Assembly: GCA_964466315.1 (NCBI GenBank)
Contig: CAYXNS010000001.1
Coordinates: forward strand, 11,255 to 75,254
Origin: an uncultured Gammaproteobacteria bacterium
GTDB taxonomy: Bacteria; Pseudomonadota; Gammaproteobacteria; Steroidobacterales; Rariloculaceae
Length of the DNA stretch: 64,000 nucleotides
Reading direction: 5' to 3'
In this document: in pieces, positions 1 to 13,307 of the stretch
Numbering within the stretch: position 1 is the stretch's first letter
Layout of the letters: every line of letters begins with the position of its first letter
Translations under genes and position numbers: made by a program
Notes under the pieces: model-generated
The model's input: the letters and a program-made list of their open reading frames with translations, nothing else
What the model was told of the DNA's origin: nothing
Databases searched by the model: none

Positions 1-49
1 TCATGCGCTTGCCCTGGCCGGCGGCCAGGATCACCACTGTCAAGGCCAC
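1..49 (-). CDS. glmU: GlmU (bifunctional UDP-GlcNAc pyrophosphorylase/GlcN-1-P acetyltransferase), 5' end only, runs off the window
   Basis: The reverse strand reads GTG-ALTVVILAAGQGKRM, the GlmU N-terminal LAAGxGxRM signature. It lies directly downstream of atpC, the usual position. Confidence 0.6.
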   Translation of the reverse strand, partial: MALTVVILAAGQGKRM

Positions 50-176
50 TATTTACACCACATAGACCGGCGACTGGGGCGAATGATAGCGCGGTCGCGC
101 GAAAATGACGTGCCGACAGTCTCGCAAACCGTATTTCGAGCCCGGGGGGTAGCGGAGACGCTGGGGCGGATAAGGA

Positions 177-596
177 TCAGCCGCGCTTGCCCTTGAGCTT
201 CTGGGCCGCGCGGAAGCGAGCTTCAGCCTCAACCAATTCGGCCTGCGCCTGCTCGAGATCGATCTCGCCGTGCCGGCCTTCGAGGACCTCTCTGGCACGC
301 TCGCGAGCGTCACGGGCTGCGTCCTCGTCGAGCTGGTCCGCCCGCAAAGCGCTGTCGGCAAGCACGGTGACGAGATGCGGCTGCACCTCGAGGACCCCGC
401 CCGTGACATAGAAGGTCTTCTCCTCGCCGTCACCGGCCTGGACCCGGACTTCGCCGGGTTTGAGATCCGTCAACAGAGGCGCGTGCCTGGGTGCGATACC
501 GACCTCGCCCATCTTCGCCGGGGCGAACACCATCGAGGCTTCGCCCGTGAAGATCTCTCCCTCAGCGCTGACGATGTCGACATGAATGGTGGCCAC
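177..596 (-). CDS. atpC: F0F1 ATP synthase subunit epsilon
   Basis: 139 aa, MATIHVDIVSAEGEIFTG..., last gene of the atp operon order. Confidence 0.95.
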   Translation of the reverse strand: MATIHVDIVSAEGEIFTGEASMVFAPAKMGEVGIAPRHAPLLTDLKPGEVRVQAGDGEEKTFYVTGGVLEVQPHLVTVLADSALRADQLDEDAARDARERAREVLEGRHGEIDLEQAQAELVEAEARFRAAQKLKGKRG

Positions 597-619
597 GATC
601 CCAGAATCCCCTCCGCTGG

Positions 620-2002
<1,383 letters not shown>

Positions 2003-2028
2003 TTACTTACCTTACCTTTGCATACGTA

Positions 2029-2889
2029 TTAGACAGCGGCAGCGCCACCCACGATTTCCGAGATTTCCTGAGTGATCGCCGCCTGGCGAGCCTTGTTGTA
2101 GTCGAGCTGCAGCTGATCGATGAAATCTCCCGCGTTGTCTGTTGCGGCCTTCATGGCAACCATTTTGGATGCCATCTCGCAGGCCACATTCTCGACGGCA
2201 GCCCGGTACACCTGCGATTCGATGTAGCGGTTTAAGACATTGTCGAGCAGATCGACGGCATCGGGTTCGTAAATATAATCCCAGTGATCCTGCAGATCGT
2301 CGCTATCCACGGCCTCGACCGGAATCAACGTCCTGATCTCCGGCGTCTGGCTCATCGTGTTGACGAATACGTTGTGAACGAGAAAGAGTCGGTCGATCGT
2401 GCCTTCTTCGTAGAGATCGGTCATTGCCTTAATGGGGCCGACTAGATCTGCGACTGCGGGCGTATCGCCCAGATGATCCTCGGCGGCGATGACGTTCGTC
2501 TTCAGCCGGCGGAAGAACACCATGCCTTTAGCGCCGATGATACAAACGTCGACTTCGATGCCCTTTTCCTGCCATTCGCGCATGTCGTTGAGTACGGCGC
2601 GGAACAGATTGACGTTCAACGAACCACACAGTCCGCGATCGGTCGTGATGATGATGTAGCCGATGCGTTTGATTTCCCGGGATTCGAGAAAGGGATGCTG
2701 ATAGTCGGGATTTGCCTCCGACAGATGGCCGATGACGGTCCGGATCCGCTCGGCGTATGGTCTCGATGCAGCCATACGATCCTGCGTCTTGCGCAACTTG
2801 GATGCAGCCACCATCTCCATGGCCTTCGTAATCTTTTGCGTATTCTTGACGCTATTGATCTTGGTGCGAAGTTCCTTGCCGACCGCCAT
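2029..2889 (-). CDS. atpG: F0F1 ATP synthase subunit gamma
   Basis: 286 aa, [34 protein letters not shown], the canonical gamma N-terminus. Confidence 0.97.
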   Translation of the reverse strand: MAVGKELRTKINSVKNTQKITKAMEMVAASKLRKTQDRMAASRPYAERIRTVIGHLSEANPDYQHPFLESREIKRIGYIIITTDRGLCGSLNVNLFRAVLNDMREWQEKGIEVDVCIIGAKGMVFFRRLKTNVIAAEDHLGDTPAVADLVGPIKAMTDLYEEGTIDRLFLVHNVFVNTMSQTPEIRTLIPVEAVDSDDLQDHWDYIYEPDAVDLLDNVLNRYIESQVYRAAVENVACEMASKMVAMKAATDNAGDFIDQLQLDYNKARQAAITQEISEIVGGAAAV

Positions 2890-2898
2890 ACTGAGTTC

Positions 2899-4443
2899 CT
2901 AGTAGGCTCCCGTCGTCTTGAAGGTCTCGACGAGATCCTGCAAACCGCTCTCTATCTCATCATTCAAGTCGCCGCTCGTGCTGATCGTGTCCATGAGATT
3001 GGACGCCGAGGCTCTGGCGTGAGCGTGCAACGCAGCCTCGAACGCGACAACCTTCTCGGCCGGCACATCGTCCAGATATCCCTCGTTGACGGCGTACAAC
3101 GAAACCGCCATCTCCGCGACGGACAGCGGCGAGTATTGCGGCTGTTTCATGAGCTCGGTGACGCGTTGCCCGCGCTCGAGTTGCTTTCTAGTCGCTTCGT
3201 CCAGATCCGAGGCAAATTGTGCGAAAGCCGCAAGTTCCCGATACTGTGCGAGCGCGAGGCGCACGCCGCCGCCCAATTTCTTGATGATCTTCGTTTGTGC
3301 GGCGCCGCCGACTCGCGATACCGAGAGCCCGGCGTTGATGGCAGGCCGAATCCCTGCGTTGAACAAATCTGTCTCGAGAAAGATCTGCCCGTCCGTAATG
3401 GAGATAACGTTCGTCGGTACGAACGCCGACACATCACCTTCCTGAGTCTCGATGATCGGCAACGCGGTCAGCGAGCCGGTCTGGCCTTTCACCTCACCCT
3501 TCGTAAAATCCTCCACGTAATCCTCGCTGACCCGTGCCGCACGCTCGAGCAGCCGCGAGTGTAGATAGAATACGTCACCCGGGTACGCTTCGCGTCCAGG
3601 CGGCCGGCGCAGCAACAACGATACCTGGCGATAGGCCCAGGCCTGCTTGGTCAGGTCGTCGTAGATGATCAGCGCATCCTGACCACGATCGCGGAAATAC
3701 TCGCCCATCGCGCAACCCGCATAGGGTGCGATGTACTGCAATGCAGCCGACTCGGATGCTGAGGCCGAGACAACGATCGTGTGCTCCATGGCGCCGAACT
3801 CTTCGAGCTTGCGAACGACGTTTACGACCGTGGAGTTCTTCTGCCCCACTGCCACGTAAATACACTTAATGCCCGTGCCCTTCTGATTGATGATCGTATC
3901 GATCGCTACGGCACTCTTGCCGGTTTGGCGGTCTCCGATGATCAACTCCCGCTGGCCGCGTCCGATTGGCACCATGGCATCGATCGACTTGAGGCCGGTC
4001 TGCACGGGTTGGTCGACGGACTTCCGGTCGATGACGCCCGGCGCAACTTTCTCGATCGGCGAACTCTCGGTCGCATCGATCGGACCCTTGCCGTCGATTG
4101 GTATACCGAGAGAATCGACTACACGCCCCAAAAGCGGCTCGCCGACCGGGACCTCAAGGATTCTGCCAGTCGTCTTGACCGTATCGCCTTCGGAGATGTG
4201 CTTGTATTCGCCGAGCACTACCGCGCCGACCGAATCCTGTTCGAGGTTGAGCGCCAGTCCGAAACTGCCGCCAGGAAACTCGATCATCTCGCCGTATTGA
4301 ACGTCGGCGAGACCGTGAATGCGGACGATGCCGTCGGTCAGCGCGATTACCGTACCGACATTACACGCCTCCGCCTGAGCGTCGAAATTTTCGATGCGCT
4401 GTTTAATCAGCTCACTAATTTCAGAAGCTTTGAGTGCCATCAA
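2899..4443 (-). CDS. atpA: F0F1 ATP synthase subunit alpha
   Basis: 514 aa with Walker A GDRQTGKS and typical alpha sequence throughout. Confidence 0.98.
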   Translation of the reverse strand: MMALKASEISELIKQRIENFDAQAEACNVGTVIALTDGIVRIHGLADVQYGEMIEFPGGSFGLALNLEQDSVGAVVLGEYKHISEGDTVKTTGRILEVPVGEPLLGRVVDSLGIPIDGKGPIDATESSPIEKVAPGVIDRKSVDQPVQTGLKSIDAMVPIGRGQRELIIGDRQTGKSAVAIDTIINQKGTGIKCIYVAVGQKNSTVVNVVRKLEEFGAMEHTIVVSASASESAALQYIAPYAGCAMGEYFRDRGQDALIIYDDLTKQAWAYRQVSLLLRRPPGREAYPGDVFYLHSRLLERAARVSEDYVEDFTKGEVKGQTGSLTALPIIETQEGDVSAFVPTNVISITDGQIFLETDLFNAGIRPAINAGLSVSRVGGAAQTKIIKKLGGGVRLALAQYRELAAFAQFASDLDEATRKQLERGQRVTELMKQPQYSPLSVAEMAVSLYAVNEGYLDDVPAEKVVAFEAALHAHARASASNLMDTISTSGDLNDEIESGLQDLVETFKTTGAY

Positions 4444-4450
4444 TATCCCC

Positions 4451-5005
4451 TTAAGAGATCAGTGACTCAGCGAGTTGCCGCAGCCTGGTCTTCACTGAGC
4501 CGTCTATAACCATGTCCTCGGCACGAACGACCGCGCCACCGAGAAGCTCGTCGTCTATCTCGAGTTCCAATTCAACTTTTCGCCCGAATTTCTTCTCGAG
4601 GCCTACCGAGATCCGCTCGGCAACGTCCGCATCCGCATCTGTTGCCGTGACCAGCGTAACCTTCACGGTGTTCTCGGCCTCGGCTTTGAGCGTATTGAAC
4701 CGGTCAACGATATCCGGTAGCGCCGTAAGCCGATCGTTCTCGACCAGCAGCCGCAGCAGATTCTGCCCGCGACTTGACCCGACGAGCTCTGCCGCGCCGG
4801 TCTCTGCTCCAACGGAGCCGATGAAATCTGCCCTCACCTGGACGTCAAGGTCCGGTCGTGACAGAAACGCGCTCGCTTCGCCATTGGTCACGATCTCTGC
4901 CAACGCGCCCAATGCGTTCGCCCATTCCGCAAGCGCTTCCTCACCCTTGGCGATGTCGAACAACGCCTGTGCATAAGGTCGTGCAATGGTACTCGTGTCG
5001 CTCAT
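4451..5005 (-). CDS. atpH: F0F1 ATP synthase subunit delta
   Basis: 184 aa, [15 protein letters not shown]-terminus, correct operon position. Confidence 0.93.
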   Translation of the reverse strand: MSDTSTIARPYAQALFDIAKGEEALAEWANALGALAEIVTNGEASAFLSRPDLDVQVRADFIGSVGAETGAAELVGSSRGQNLLRLLVENDRLTALPDIVDRFNTLKAEAENTVKVTLVTATDADADVAERISVGLEKKFGRKVELELEIDDELLGGAVVRAEDMVIDGSVKTRLRQLAESLIS

Positions 5006-5032
5006 CTCTCGTTGCCGTTCGCTTGCGGCGCG

Positions 5033-5503
5033 CTAAAGCTCGCTCGCCAGGCTATCCAGCAATTCCTTGTGTGTGCTGCTGTCTATCTCTCGGGCGAGAA
5101 CTTTCTCCGCGCCAGCCACCGCGATTGCGGAGACGTCGCTGCGTAACTCATCCCGCGCACGGTTGATCTCGACCTCGATCTCGGCCTGTGTCGCCTCCAG
5201 CTGACGGCGCTTCTCCGCCTCGCCGTCGAGTCGAGCCTCGTCGACGATGTCGCTGGCTCGGACGCTCGCCTGATCGACTATCTCTTTGGCTTGATCGCGG
5301 GCCTCGGAAATGATCGTCTGCGCCTTGGATTCGGCCGCGAGCAGGTCACTCTGGCCTTTCTCCGCCGCCATGAGGCCATCGGCAATACGCTGCTCACGCT
5401 CGTCCATCGCGCCGCGCATCAGCGGCCAGACGAACTTCATCGTGAACCAGACGACCAGAGCGAAGACGATCATCTGCACAAACAGTGTGACGTTAATACT
5501 CAC
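5033..5503 (-). CDS. atpF: F0F1 ATP synthase subunit b
   Basis: 156 aa with an N-terminal TM helix followed by a long charged helix; correct operon position. Confidence 0.93.
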   Translation of the reverse strand: MSINVTLFVQMIVFALVVWFTMKFVWPLMRGAMDEREQRIADGLMAAEKGQSDLLAAESKAQTIISEARDQAKEIVDQASVRASDIVDEARLDGEAEKRRQLEATQAEIEVEINRARDELRSDVSAIAVAGAEKVLAREIDSSTHKELLDSLASEL

Positions 5504-5535
5504 TCTAGAATCTCCGCTGAGTTCTCTTGCGACAG

Positions 5536-5832
<297 letters not shown>

Positions 5833-5877
5833 TCAGTCGTGGAAGACCGATCGGGTCTTCAAAATATCGATTACGGC

Positions 5878-6741
<864 letters not shown>

Positions 6742-7155
6742 TTAGACTTCGGCCGGCGGCTTTGGGTCGAACTCGGGCAGGCGCATCGCGAGCGCCGCCC
6801 AGTACACTGTGAAGGTCGCCGCGAAACCTCCCAACATTGCTCCGAAAGAAACGTCCATGTTCAACAACACCAGCGCGAACAAGCCAGCCGTAATTACGAA
6901 CTTGTAAAGTTCCGCACGGTAAATCCGGCGGAGAATACTCGCTGGCTCAGCGTTAGCACCCAGCCAAAACATGCTCACGACCATATAGAAGCTGGCCAGT
7001 ATCCCAATGCCGCCGCCAATGAGGGCGGAGACGAATGCCCGGGATTCTCCCAAGAGCCACCCGGCTGCCGAAACCAGTAGCGTGATACCGATCTGCCCGT
7101 AGACGATGCCGAGTGCCAGTTTGCGTGCCTTGAAAAGCGCTTCAAGCTCGCTCAC
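6742..7155 (-). CDS. atpI: ATP synthase protein I
   Basis: 137-aa membrane protein at the first position of the atp operon. Confidence 0.8.
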   Translation of the reverse strand: MSELEALFKARKLALGIVYGQIGITLLVSAAGWLLGESRAFVSALIGGGIGILASFYMVVSMFWLGANAEPASILRRIYRAELYKFVITAGLFALVLLNMDVSFGAMLGGFAATFTVYWAALAMRLPEFDPKPPAEV

Positions 7156-7191
7156 TAGAGGCTCTAGCTACCGTCCCTAACAATCGCAGGC

Positions 7192-7214
7192 AAATAAAAA
7201 GCCACGTGTGTGGC
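7192..7214 (-). terminator. Candidate rho-independent terminator after parB
   Basis: The reverse strand reads GCCAC-ACAC-GTGGC followed by TTTTTATTT, 60-85 nt downstream of the parB stop. Confidence 0.45.
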
Positions 7215-7276
7215 ATCGGACGAGGGGTACTCACTACCGGTTAGCCGATTTATTGTAAGGTTTCGCCGAGCGGCGT

Positions 7277-8161
7277 TCAAGAATCCGGGTCGATATGGTC
7301 GATGATCCCCTCGAGCTCGTCGAGGCTGTGATAGCGAATAACGATGCGGCCTCCAGCTCCTGAGTGCTGGATTTTGACCTTGGCGCCGAGCCGGTCCGCC
7401 AGGCTCGTTTCGAGCCGTCGAACGTCGGGATCCTGTGCCGCGTTCTGATCCACACGAGCCGGCCGCGTCCGCGATTTCGGCAAGCGTCTGACGGCGCGCT
7501 CGGTCTCACGAACGCTCCACCCCTCCTTGACCACGCGCCGGGCCAGTGTAAGCAAGTCTTCGGCCGAATCCAGCGCCAGTAACGCCCGTGCATGACCCAT
7601 GCCGAGCTCACGCCGCTCGAGCATCGCCGTCACGACATCGGGTAATTCGAGTAGGCGCAGCAGATTGCTGACCATGACCCGCGACCGGCCGATAGCTTCC
7701 GCGGCCGTCGTATGAGTCATGTCGAAATCCTCTACGAGACGCCGTAACGCACGGGCCTCCTCCATCGGGTTGAGATTCTCGCGCTGAATATTCTCGATGA
7801 GTGCAACGGCGACCGCGGTGTGGTCCGGGATCTCGCGGATGATCGCTGGAATTGAGTGCAGGCCCGCGAGTTGTGCCGCTCGCCAGCGGCGCTCGCCGGC
7901 GACGATCTCGTAACGGTGCTCACCGCCCTCGGTCTCCAGCGGGCGGACGACTATGGGCTGAACGAGACCCTGGGCACGTATGGATTCGGCCAGTCCCGTA
8001 AGAGTCTCCTCGCGCATATCCATGCGCGGCTGATAGCGGCCGCGCTGCAGCAGATCGACCGGAATCTCCTTCAGGCCTTCGGCGATGGCCGGGACTTCGG
8101 GAATCGGTGCGGTACTCAGGAGTGCATCCAGACCACGTCCGAGGCTCTTGTGCTTAGCCAT
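7277..8161 (-). CDS. parB: Chromosome partitioning protein ParB
   Basis: 294 aa, LGRGLDALL N-terminus, GERRWRAA box and HTH region. Confidence 0.96.
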   Translation of the reverse strand: MAKHKSLGRGLDALLSTAPIPEVPAIAEGLKEIPVDLLQRGRYQPRMDMREETLTGLAESIRAQGLVQPIVVRPLETEGGEHRYEIVAGERRWRAAQLAGLHSIPAIIREIPDHTAVAVALIENIQRENLNPMEEARALRRLVEDFDMTHTTAAEAIGRSRVMVSNLLRLLELPDVVTAMLERRELGMGHARALLALDSAEDLLTLARRVVKEGWSVRETERAVRRLPKSRTRPARVDQNAAQDPDVRRLETSLADRLGAKVKIQHSGAGGRIVIRYHSLDELEGIIDHIDPDS

Positions 8162-8225
8162 ATCTGTTCAATCGACCGAGGTTAACATCGCTGCCAAATT
8201 GTAGCGCAAGCGTCATGAAGAAAGG

Positions 8226-9002
8226 TCATTTTGCTACCGTGCCTTCACGACGGTTGATTTCACCGGCCAACGCGAGATAGGCAAGCGCGCCACGACAATA
8301 CTTGTCGTAATACAGAGCGGGCACTCCGAAACTCGGTGCCTCGGCCAAGCGCACATTCCTCGGGATAACGGTTCTAAACAGGCGGTCGCCGAAGTGCTGC
8401 GTCAATTGACCGGAAACCTCCATGGCGAGATTATTCCGCGGATCGAACATCGTTCGTAGAATCCCGAATACCCTCAGCTTCGGGTTAGCGCCGCCGCGGA
8501 TCTGTTCTATCGTGCCGAGCAGAGCGGATAGTCCTTCGAGCGCGTAGTACTCGCACTGCATCGGAATCAGGACGCCGTCCGCGGCCGAGAGCGCGTTGAC
8601 CGTCAACATATTCAATGACGGCGGACAGTCCACGAGGACGTATTCGTAGTCATCGGCAACGGGTTGCAACGCACGTGCCAACCGGAACTCACGCTCCGGC
8701 TTGCTCACGAGTTCAACCTCCGCCAACGTCAGTTCTTGGTCGCTCGGGAGGAGCGCGAGATTGCTGTCGAACACGGGTTGAATGACATCGGCTGCCGCCA
8801 CTCCTTCCAAGAGGACGTCGCAGACGCTTCTTTCCAGCGCGTTCTTGTCGACACCGCAACCCATTGTGGCATGGCCTTGGGGATCGAGATCTACGACAAG
8901 AACGCGACGCCGGGTAGCCGCGAGAGAGGCCGCGAGATTAACGCAGGTGGTGGTCTTGCCGACACCACCTTTCTGATTCGCTATTGCAATGATTTTTCCC
9001 AT
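8226..9002 (-). CDS. parA: Chromosome partitioning ATPase ParA/Soj
   Basis: Deviant Walker A in KIIAIANQKGGVGKTT. The ATG at 9002 overlaps the rsmG stop (TGATG). Confidence 0.96.
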   Translation of the reverse strand: MGKIIAIANQKGGVGKTTTCVNLAASLAATRRRVLVVDLDPQGHATMGCGVDKNALERSVCDVLLEGVAAADVIQPVFDSNLALLPSDQELTLAEVELVSKPEREFRLARALQPVADDYEYVLVDCPPSLNMLTVNALSAADGVLIPMQCEYYALEGLSALLGTIEQIRGGANPKLRVFGILRTMFDPRNNLAMEVSGQLTQHFGDRLFRTVIPRNVRLAEAPSFGVPALYYDKYCRGALAYLALAGEINRREGTVAK

Positions 9003-9619
9003 CAACCGTCCGCGGTTTCAAAAACAATGAGCGAACCTTTGAGCGACCGGGTCACCGGATCAACCAGAGAACGCGCCCTGATATTCTCTCCGAGTTCGTT
9101 TGCCTCGCACGAGTAGTTCGCCTTGGTCAGCACAAGCAAGATACCGTCTTTGGCCAGGAGATACCGGGTGAGTGCAAGTAGCTCCGGGGGACTCGCGACG
9201 GCTCGGGCGAGCACCGTATCAAAGGCCGGCACGGGAGTTAAGTCCTCGGCCCTGGCGTGCTCCACACGGACGTTCCTGAGGCCCAGACGTCCTTCGACGT
9301 GGCGCAGGAATCGTGCGCGCTTGCCGCGACTCTCGATCAGGGTGACGCCGATTCCAGGGCTCGTGATCGCAAGCGGTATGCCGGGTAGCCCCGCGCCGCT
9401 GCCGACGTCGGCGATGTGGTCGCCTTTGAGATATGGCTTGAACGCGAGGCTCTCGACGAGGTGCCGTTGGATCATCTCGTCCTCGCACGTGACACCCGTC
9501 AGGTTGTGGACCTCGTTCCAGCGCGCCATGAGCTCGAGGTATTCGGCGAGCTGCCGCGCCTCGGCCTCGCCGACGGTCAACCCCACCTTCTCGAGTTCCT
9601 CGACGATCCGCTCGCGCAT
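9002..9619 (-). CDS. rsmG: 16S rRNA (guanine527-N7)-methyltransferase RsmG (GidB)
   Basis: The homology begins at the internal Met (MRERIVEEL..., ATG at 9619) and includes the SAM motif DVGSGAGLPG. The longer tracked ORF would overlap the upstream ATPase gene. Confidence 0.9.
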   Translation of the reverse strand: MRERIVEELEKVGLTVGEAEARQLAEYLELMARWNEVHNLTGVTCEDEMIQRHLVESLAFKPYLKGDHIADVGSGAGLPGIPLAITSPGIGVTLIESRGKRARFLRHVEGRLGLRNVRVEHARAEDLTPVPAFDTVLARAVASPPELLALTRYLLAKDGILLVLTKANYSCEANELGENIRARSLVDPVTRSLKGSLIVFETADG

Positions 9620-9638
9620 GACCACAGTATACGGCCGG

Positions 9639-11489
9639 CTACAGGCCGTCGAGTTCGGCGGCGCGATGGCAGGCGACGAAGCTCGGGCCGAGCGGCCGCA
9701 GTTCCGGCAGCTCGCGGCCGCATCGCTCCTCGGCAAATCGGCAGCGCGTGCGGAAACGGCACCCGGAAGGTGGGTCGAGCGGTGAGGGCAGATCGCCCGA
9801 CAGAAGCTCACGCTCGCGCGTGCGTTCCTTGTCCGGGTCGGGGATTGGCACCGCGCTGATCAGTGCCCGAGTGTACGGGTGCGCCGGCCGATCGTAGAGA
9901 TCCTGGCGCGAAGCGACCTCCATGATCGTGCCGAGATACATGACCATGACACGATGGCTGATATGGCGTACGACGGCGAGATCGTGAGCGATGAAGATTA
10001 GAGCGAGGCCGAAATCCGCCTGCAGATCCATGAGCAGATTGATGATCTGCGCCTGGATGGAAACGTCGAGTGCGCTCACGGGCTCGTCGCAAATGATGAG
10101 TTTGGGTTTCAGCACGAGCGCCCGCGCTATGCCTATTCGCTGGCACTGGCCTCCCGAGAACTCGTGTGGATAGCGATTAAGCTCACGGCCGCTAATGCCG
10201 ACTCGCTCCAACACTTCGATGACCAGTGCCCGGACCTCGTCCGGGCCGAGCTCGGGGCGGTGCGTCCACAGGGGCTCGCTCACGATATCACCGACCGTCA
10301 TACGTGGATTCAACGAGGCGAGCGGATCCTGGAAGATCACCTGTAGCCCGCTGCGAATGTTGCGAAGGGATTCGCGATCAAGGTCGCTCATGTCCTGCCC
10401 GAGCAGACAGACACGGCCGGCCGTTACGGGTACGAGCCTGAGAATGGCGCGTGCGAGCGTCGACTTGCCGCAACCGGATTCGCCGACGACTCCCAGCGTC
10501 TCGCCCGGTCGCAACGCTAGGTCGACACCGTCGACGGCCTTCAGCGGTCGCTTCGCGCTGAGCCATCCGCCTGATTGCATACCGAAGTGAACTTTTAGAT
10601 CGGTGACGGTAAGGAGTTCGCCCCCCCGCTGTTTCTCTGTCGCGTGCCGATTTGCGGCCGAGTCCTGAGTAGCGGCCGCCATGCCGGCGAGCCGTTCGAC
10701 CCTGGCATCGTCCAGCCGCGGCACAGCTTTGAGCAAGGTCCGCGTGTATTCGTGCTCGGGTCGATAGAAGATCTCACGAACGTCACCGCTCTCCTTAAGC
10801 GCTCCGTCGTTCATGACGAGAACCCGCTCGCACAAGCCGGCCACGACACCGAGGTCATGGGTGATGAGAATGATTGCCGTACCTAACCGCTCGTTGAGAT
10901 CGCGCATGAGTTCGAGAATCTGCGCCTGAACAGTGACATCCAGGGCCGTCGTTGGTTCATCGGCGATGAGAATCTCCGGATTCAACAGCAAGCTGCTCGC
11001 AATCATCACGCGCTGGCGCATACCGCCGGACAGTTCGTGCGGGTAACGGTCGAACCGCGCGGCCGCCTCGGGTATCCTGACCGCGTCGAGCATCTGGAGG
11101 CAGCGCTCGCGCGCTGCCCGCCGAGTCGTCGACTCATGCTCGCGTACGACCTGAGTCATCTGGCCGGCAATCGTCAGGTAAGGATTGAGCGACGTCATCG
11201 GATCCTGGAAGATCATCGAGATCTTGCGGCCGCGAACTTCGCGTAACTCACCATCCGCCAAAGTGAGCAGGTCGCGCCCGTCGAAATGCGCTGATCCCTG
11301 TGCCGAGCCGTTGTCGGCCAACAGCCCGAGCAGACTCAGGACGCTCTGACTCTTGCCCGAACCCGACTCACCGACTATCCCCAGCGTCTCGCCCTTCCCG
11401 AGCTCGTAGCTCAGATCCTTGACGGCGTGCACCTCACCGTCCGGCGTCGAGAAACGCACGTTGAGATCTTCGACGGTCAAGAGGCTCAC
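9639..11489 (-). CDS. Peptide ABC transporter, fused double ATP-binding protein (YejF/OppDF-like)
   Basis: 616 aa with two Walker A motifs ([16 protein letters not shown]) and two LSGG signatures. The C-terminal Cys-rich oligopeptide-transporter tail reads [15 protein letters not shown]...VACH. Confidence 0.92.
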   Translation of the reverse strand: MSLLTVEDLNVRFSTPDGEVHAVKDLSYELGKGETLGIVGESGSGKSQSVLSLLGLLADNGSAQGSAHFDGRDLLTLADGELREVRGRKISMIFQDPMTSLNPYLTIAGQMTQVVREHESTTRRAARERCLQMLDAVRIPEAAARFDRYPHELSGGMRQRVMIASSLLLNPEILIADEPTTALDVTVQAQILELMRDLNERLGTAIILITHDLGVVAGLCERVLVMNDGALKESGDVREIFYRPEHEYTRTLLKAVPRLDDARVERLAGMAAATQDSAANRHATEKQRGGELLTVTDLKVHFGMQSGGWLSAKRPLKAVDGVDLALRPGETLGVVGESGCGKSTLARAILRLVPVTAGRVCLLGQDMSDLDRESLRNIRSGLQVIFQDPLASLNPRMTVGDIVSEPLWTHRPELGPDEVRALVIEVLERVGISGRELNRYPHEFSGGQCQRIGIARALVLKPKLIICDEPVSALDVSIQAQIINLLMDLQADFGLALIFIAHDLAVVRHISHRVMVMYLGTIMEVASRQDLYDRPAHPYTRALISAVPIPDPDKERTRERELLSGDLPSPLDPPSGCRFRTRCRFAEERCGRELPELRPLGPSFVACHRAAELDGL

Positions 11490-12379
11490 ACGCGATCCTT
11501 GGGGTCCAGCGCATCGCGCAGGCCGTCCCCGACGAAGTTGAAGCAGAACAGTGTCGTTGCGAGAAAGACGGCTGGGAACAGCAGCATCCAGGCCGCGCTC
11601 TCCATCTCCTCCGCGCCGTCTTTGACGAGCGCGCCCCAGGACGTCATCGGCTCTTGCACGCCGAGCCCGAGAAAACTCAAGAACGACTCGACGAGGATGA
11701 CCTGCGGGATCGTCAGCGTGACGTAGACGGCGACAACGCCGAGCAGGTTCGGCACGATGTGGCGGCGGATGATCGCGAACGTCGACACACCCTGCGCTTC
11801 AGCAGCTTCGACAAACTCTCTAGCTTTTAGCGTCAGTGTCTGGCCGCGGACGATACGTGCCATGTCGAGCCAGTTGATTACCCCTATCGCGACGAAGATC
11901 AAAACGATGTTCCTGCCGAACAGGACCATGAGCAGGATCACGAAGAACATGAACGGCATCGCATAGAGGATGTCGACGACGCGCATCATGACGTGGTCGA
12001 GGCGGCCACCGAAATAACCGGCCGTCGCGCCGTAGCTAATCCCGATCACGAGGCTCACGAGCGTTGCGACGATACCGACCATGAGCGAGATGCGGCCGCC
12101 GATCAGCGTGCGCACGAACAGATCCCGCCCGAGCGTATCCGTGCCGAAGATATGCCCCGTCTCGACGCTGGGGCCAGTCGAGAGATTACCCCAGTCCGTG
12201 AAATCGTACGCGTAGGGGCTGAACAGAGGGCCGATGACGACGAGCACGGCCATGAAGGCGATGATAATTCCGGAGACGACGGCGGCGCGGTTTTTCTTCA
12301 GCGTCCGCCAGGCATCCATCCAGAGGCTGCGCCCGGCGACGGTTTCCGCTCCCGGTGACTCGGCGACTTCTGCGCTCAC
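11486..12379 (-). CDS. Peptide ABC transporter permease (YejE/OppC-like)
   Basis: 297-aa polytopic protein of the BPD-transport type; 4-nt overlaps with both neighbouring genes. Confidence 0.9.
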   Translation of the reverse strand: MSAEVAESPGAETVAGRSLWMDAWRTLKKNRAAVVSGIIIAFMAVLVVIGPLFSPYAYDFTDWGNLSTGPSVETGHIFGTDTLGRDLFVRTLIGGRISLMVGIVATLVSLVIGISYGATAGYFGGRLDHVMMRVVDILYAMPFMFFVILLMVLFGRNIVLIFVAIGVINWLDMARIVRGQTLTLKAREFVEAAEAQGVSTFAIIRRHIVPNLLGVVAVYVTLTIPQVILVESFLSFLGLGVQEPMTSWGALVKDGAEEMESAAWMLLFPAVFLATTLFCFNFVGDGLRDALDPKDRV

Positions 12380-13299
12380 GCGTACTTCACCTTCGGGTCC
12401 AGCCAGGCGTACGCGAGATCGACGAGCAGATTGAACACGATGATCAACGTGCCGTAGAAGACGACGACACCCATGACGAGCGTGTAGTCCCGGTTCAGCG
12501 CACCCTGCACGAAGAAGCGGCCGAGGCCCGGTACGCTGAAGATCTGCTCTATCACGACCGACCCCGTAATGACGGCCGCCGTCGCGGGCCCCAGATAGGA
12601 CACGACGGGCAGCAACGCAGGCTTCAACGCGTGGCGCAGGAGAATCTTGCGCACGGGCAGACCCTGTGCGCGCGCCGTCCTGATGAAGTTACTGCGCAGG
12701 ACTTCGATCATACTGCCGCGCGTTAGCCGTGAGATGTAGGCGATCTGCGGCAGCGCCAGCGAGATCACCGGCAAGACCAGGTTTGCGGGTGAGCCGTCGC
12801 CCAGGCCTCCCGCCGGCAGCCAGCCGAGATAGACGGCGAAGACGAGTATCAGCATTGGCGCCATGACGAAGTTCGGAATCGAGATTCCCGTCATCGAGAC
12901 CGACATGACCGAATAATCGGTGCGCGTATTCTGCCTGAGCGCCGCGATGCTGCCAGCCGTGACACCGACGACGAACGCGAGCAGCATCGCGAGCCCGCCG
13001 AGTCGCAGCGACACGGGGAAGCCCGCCATGATGAGTTCGGTCACTGAATAGTCACGGTACTGGAAGGAAGGACCGAAGTCGCCACGCAGGAGCCCGCCGA
13101 GGTAACGTGCAAACTGCTGATAAAGCGGCTCGTCGAGGTGATAGGCCGCCCTTAGATTTTCTTCGATCTCGGGAAGCAGCGCTCTCTCGGCATCGAATGG
13201 GCCGCCCGGTGCCGCGCGAATCATAAAGAACGCGAGCGCGATCAGGATCAGGAGTGTCGGGATGGCGCCGAGCAGCCGGCGGACGGAATAGCGTAACAA
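12376..13299 (-). CDS. Peptide ABC transporter permease (YejB/OppB-like)
   Basis: 307 aa, MLRYSVRRLLGAIPTLLILIALAFFMIRAAPGGPF, the typical OppB/DppB N-terminus. Confidence 0.9.
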   Translation of the reverse strand: MLRYSVRRLLGAIPTLLILIALAFFMIRAAPGGPFDAERALLPEIEENLRAAYHLDEPLYQQFARYLGGLLRGDFGPSFQYRDYSVTELIMAGFPVSLRLGGLAMLLAFVVGVTAGSIAALRQNTRTDYSVMSVSMTGISIPNFVMAPMLILVFAVYLGWLPAGGLGDGSPANLVLPVISLALPQIAYISRLTRGSMIEVLRSNFIRTARAQGLPVRKILLRHALKPALLPVVSYLGPATAAVITGSVVIEQIFSVPGLGRFFVQGALNRDYTLVMGVVVFYGTLIIVFNLLVDLAYAWLDPKVKYA

Positions 13300-13307
13300 C
13301 AGCGTTC

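Noticed and set aside
9620-9811. N-terminal extensions of rsmG (to 9811), mnmG (to 17045), plsC (to 34267), rnpA (to 27044), the yibN-like gene (to 48034), envC (from 47663) and mltB (from 51840) in the ORF track.
   Set aside because: The extensions overlap neighbouring genes, lack homology, and are followed by internal starts that match the conserved N-termini.
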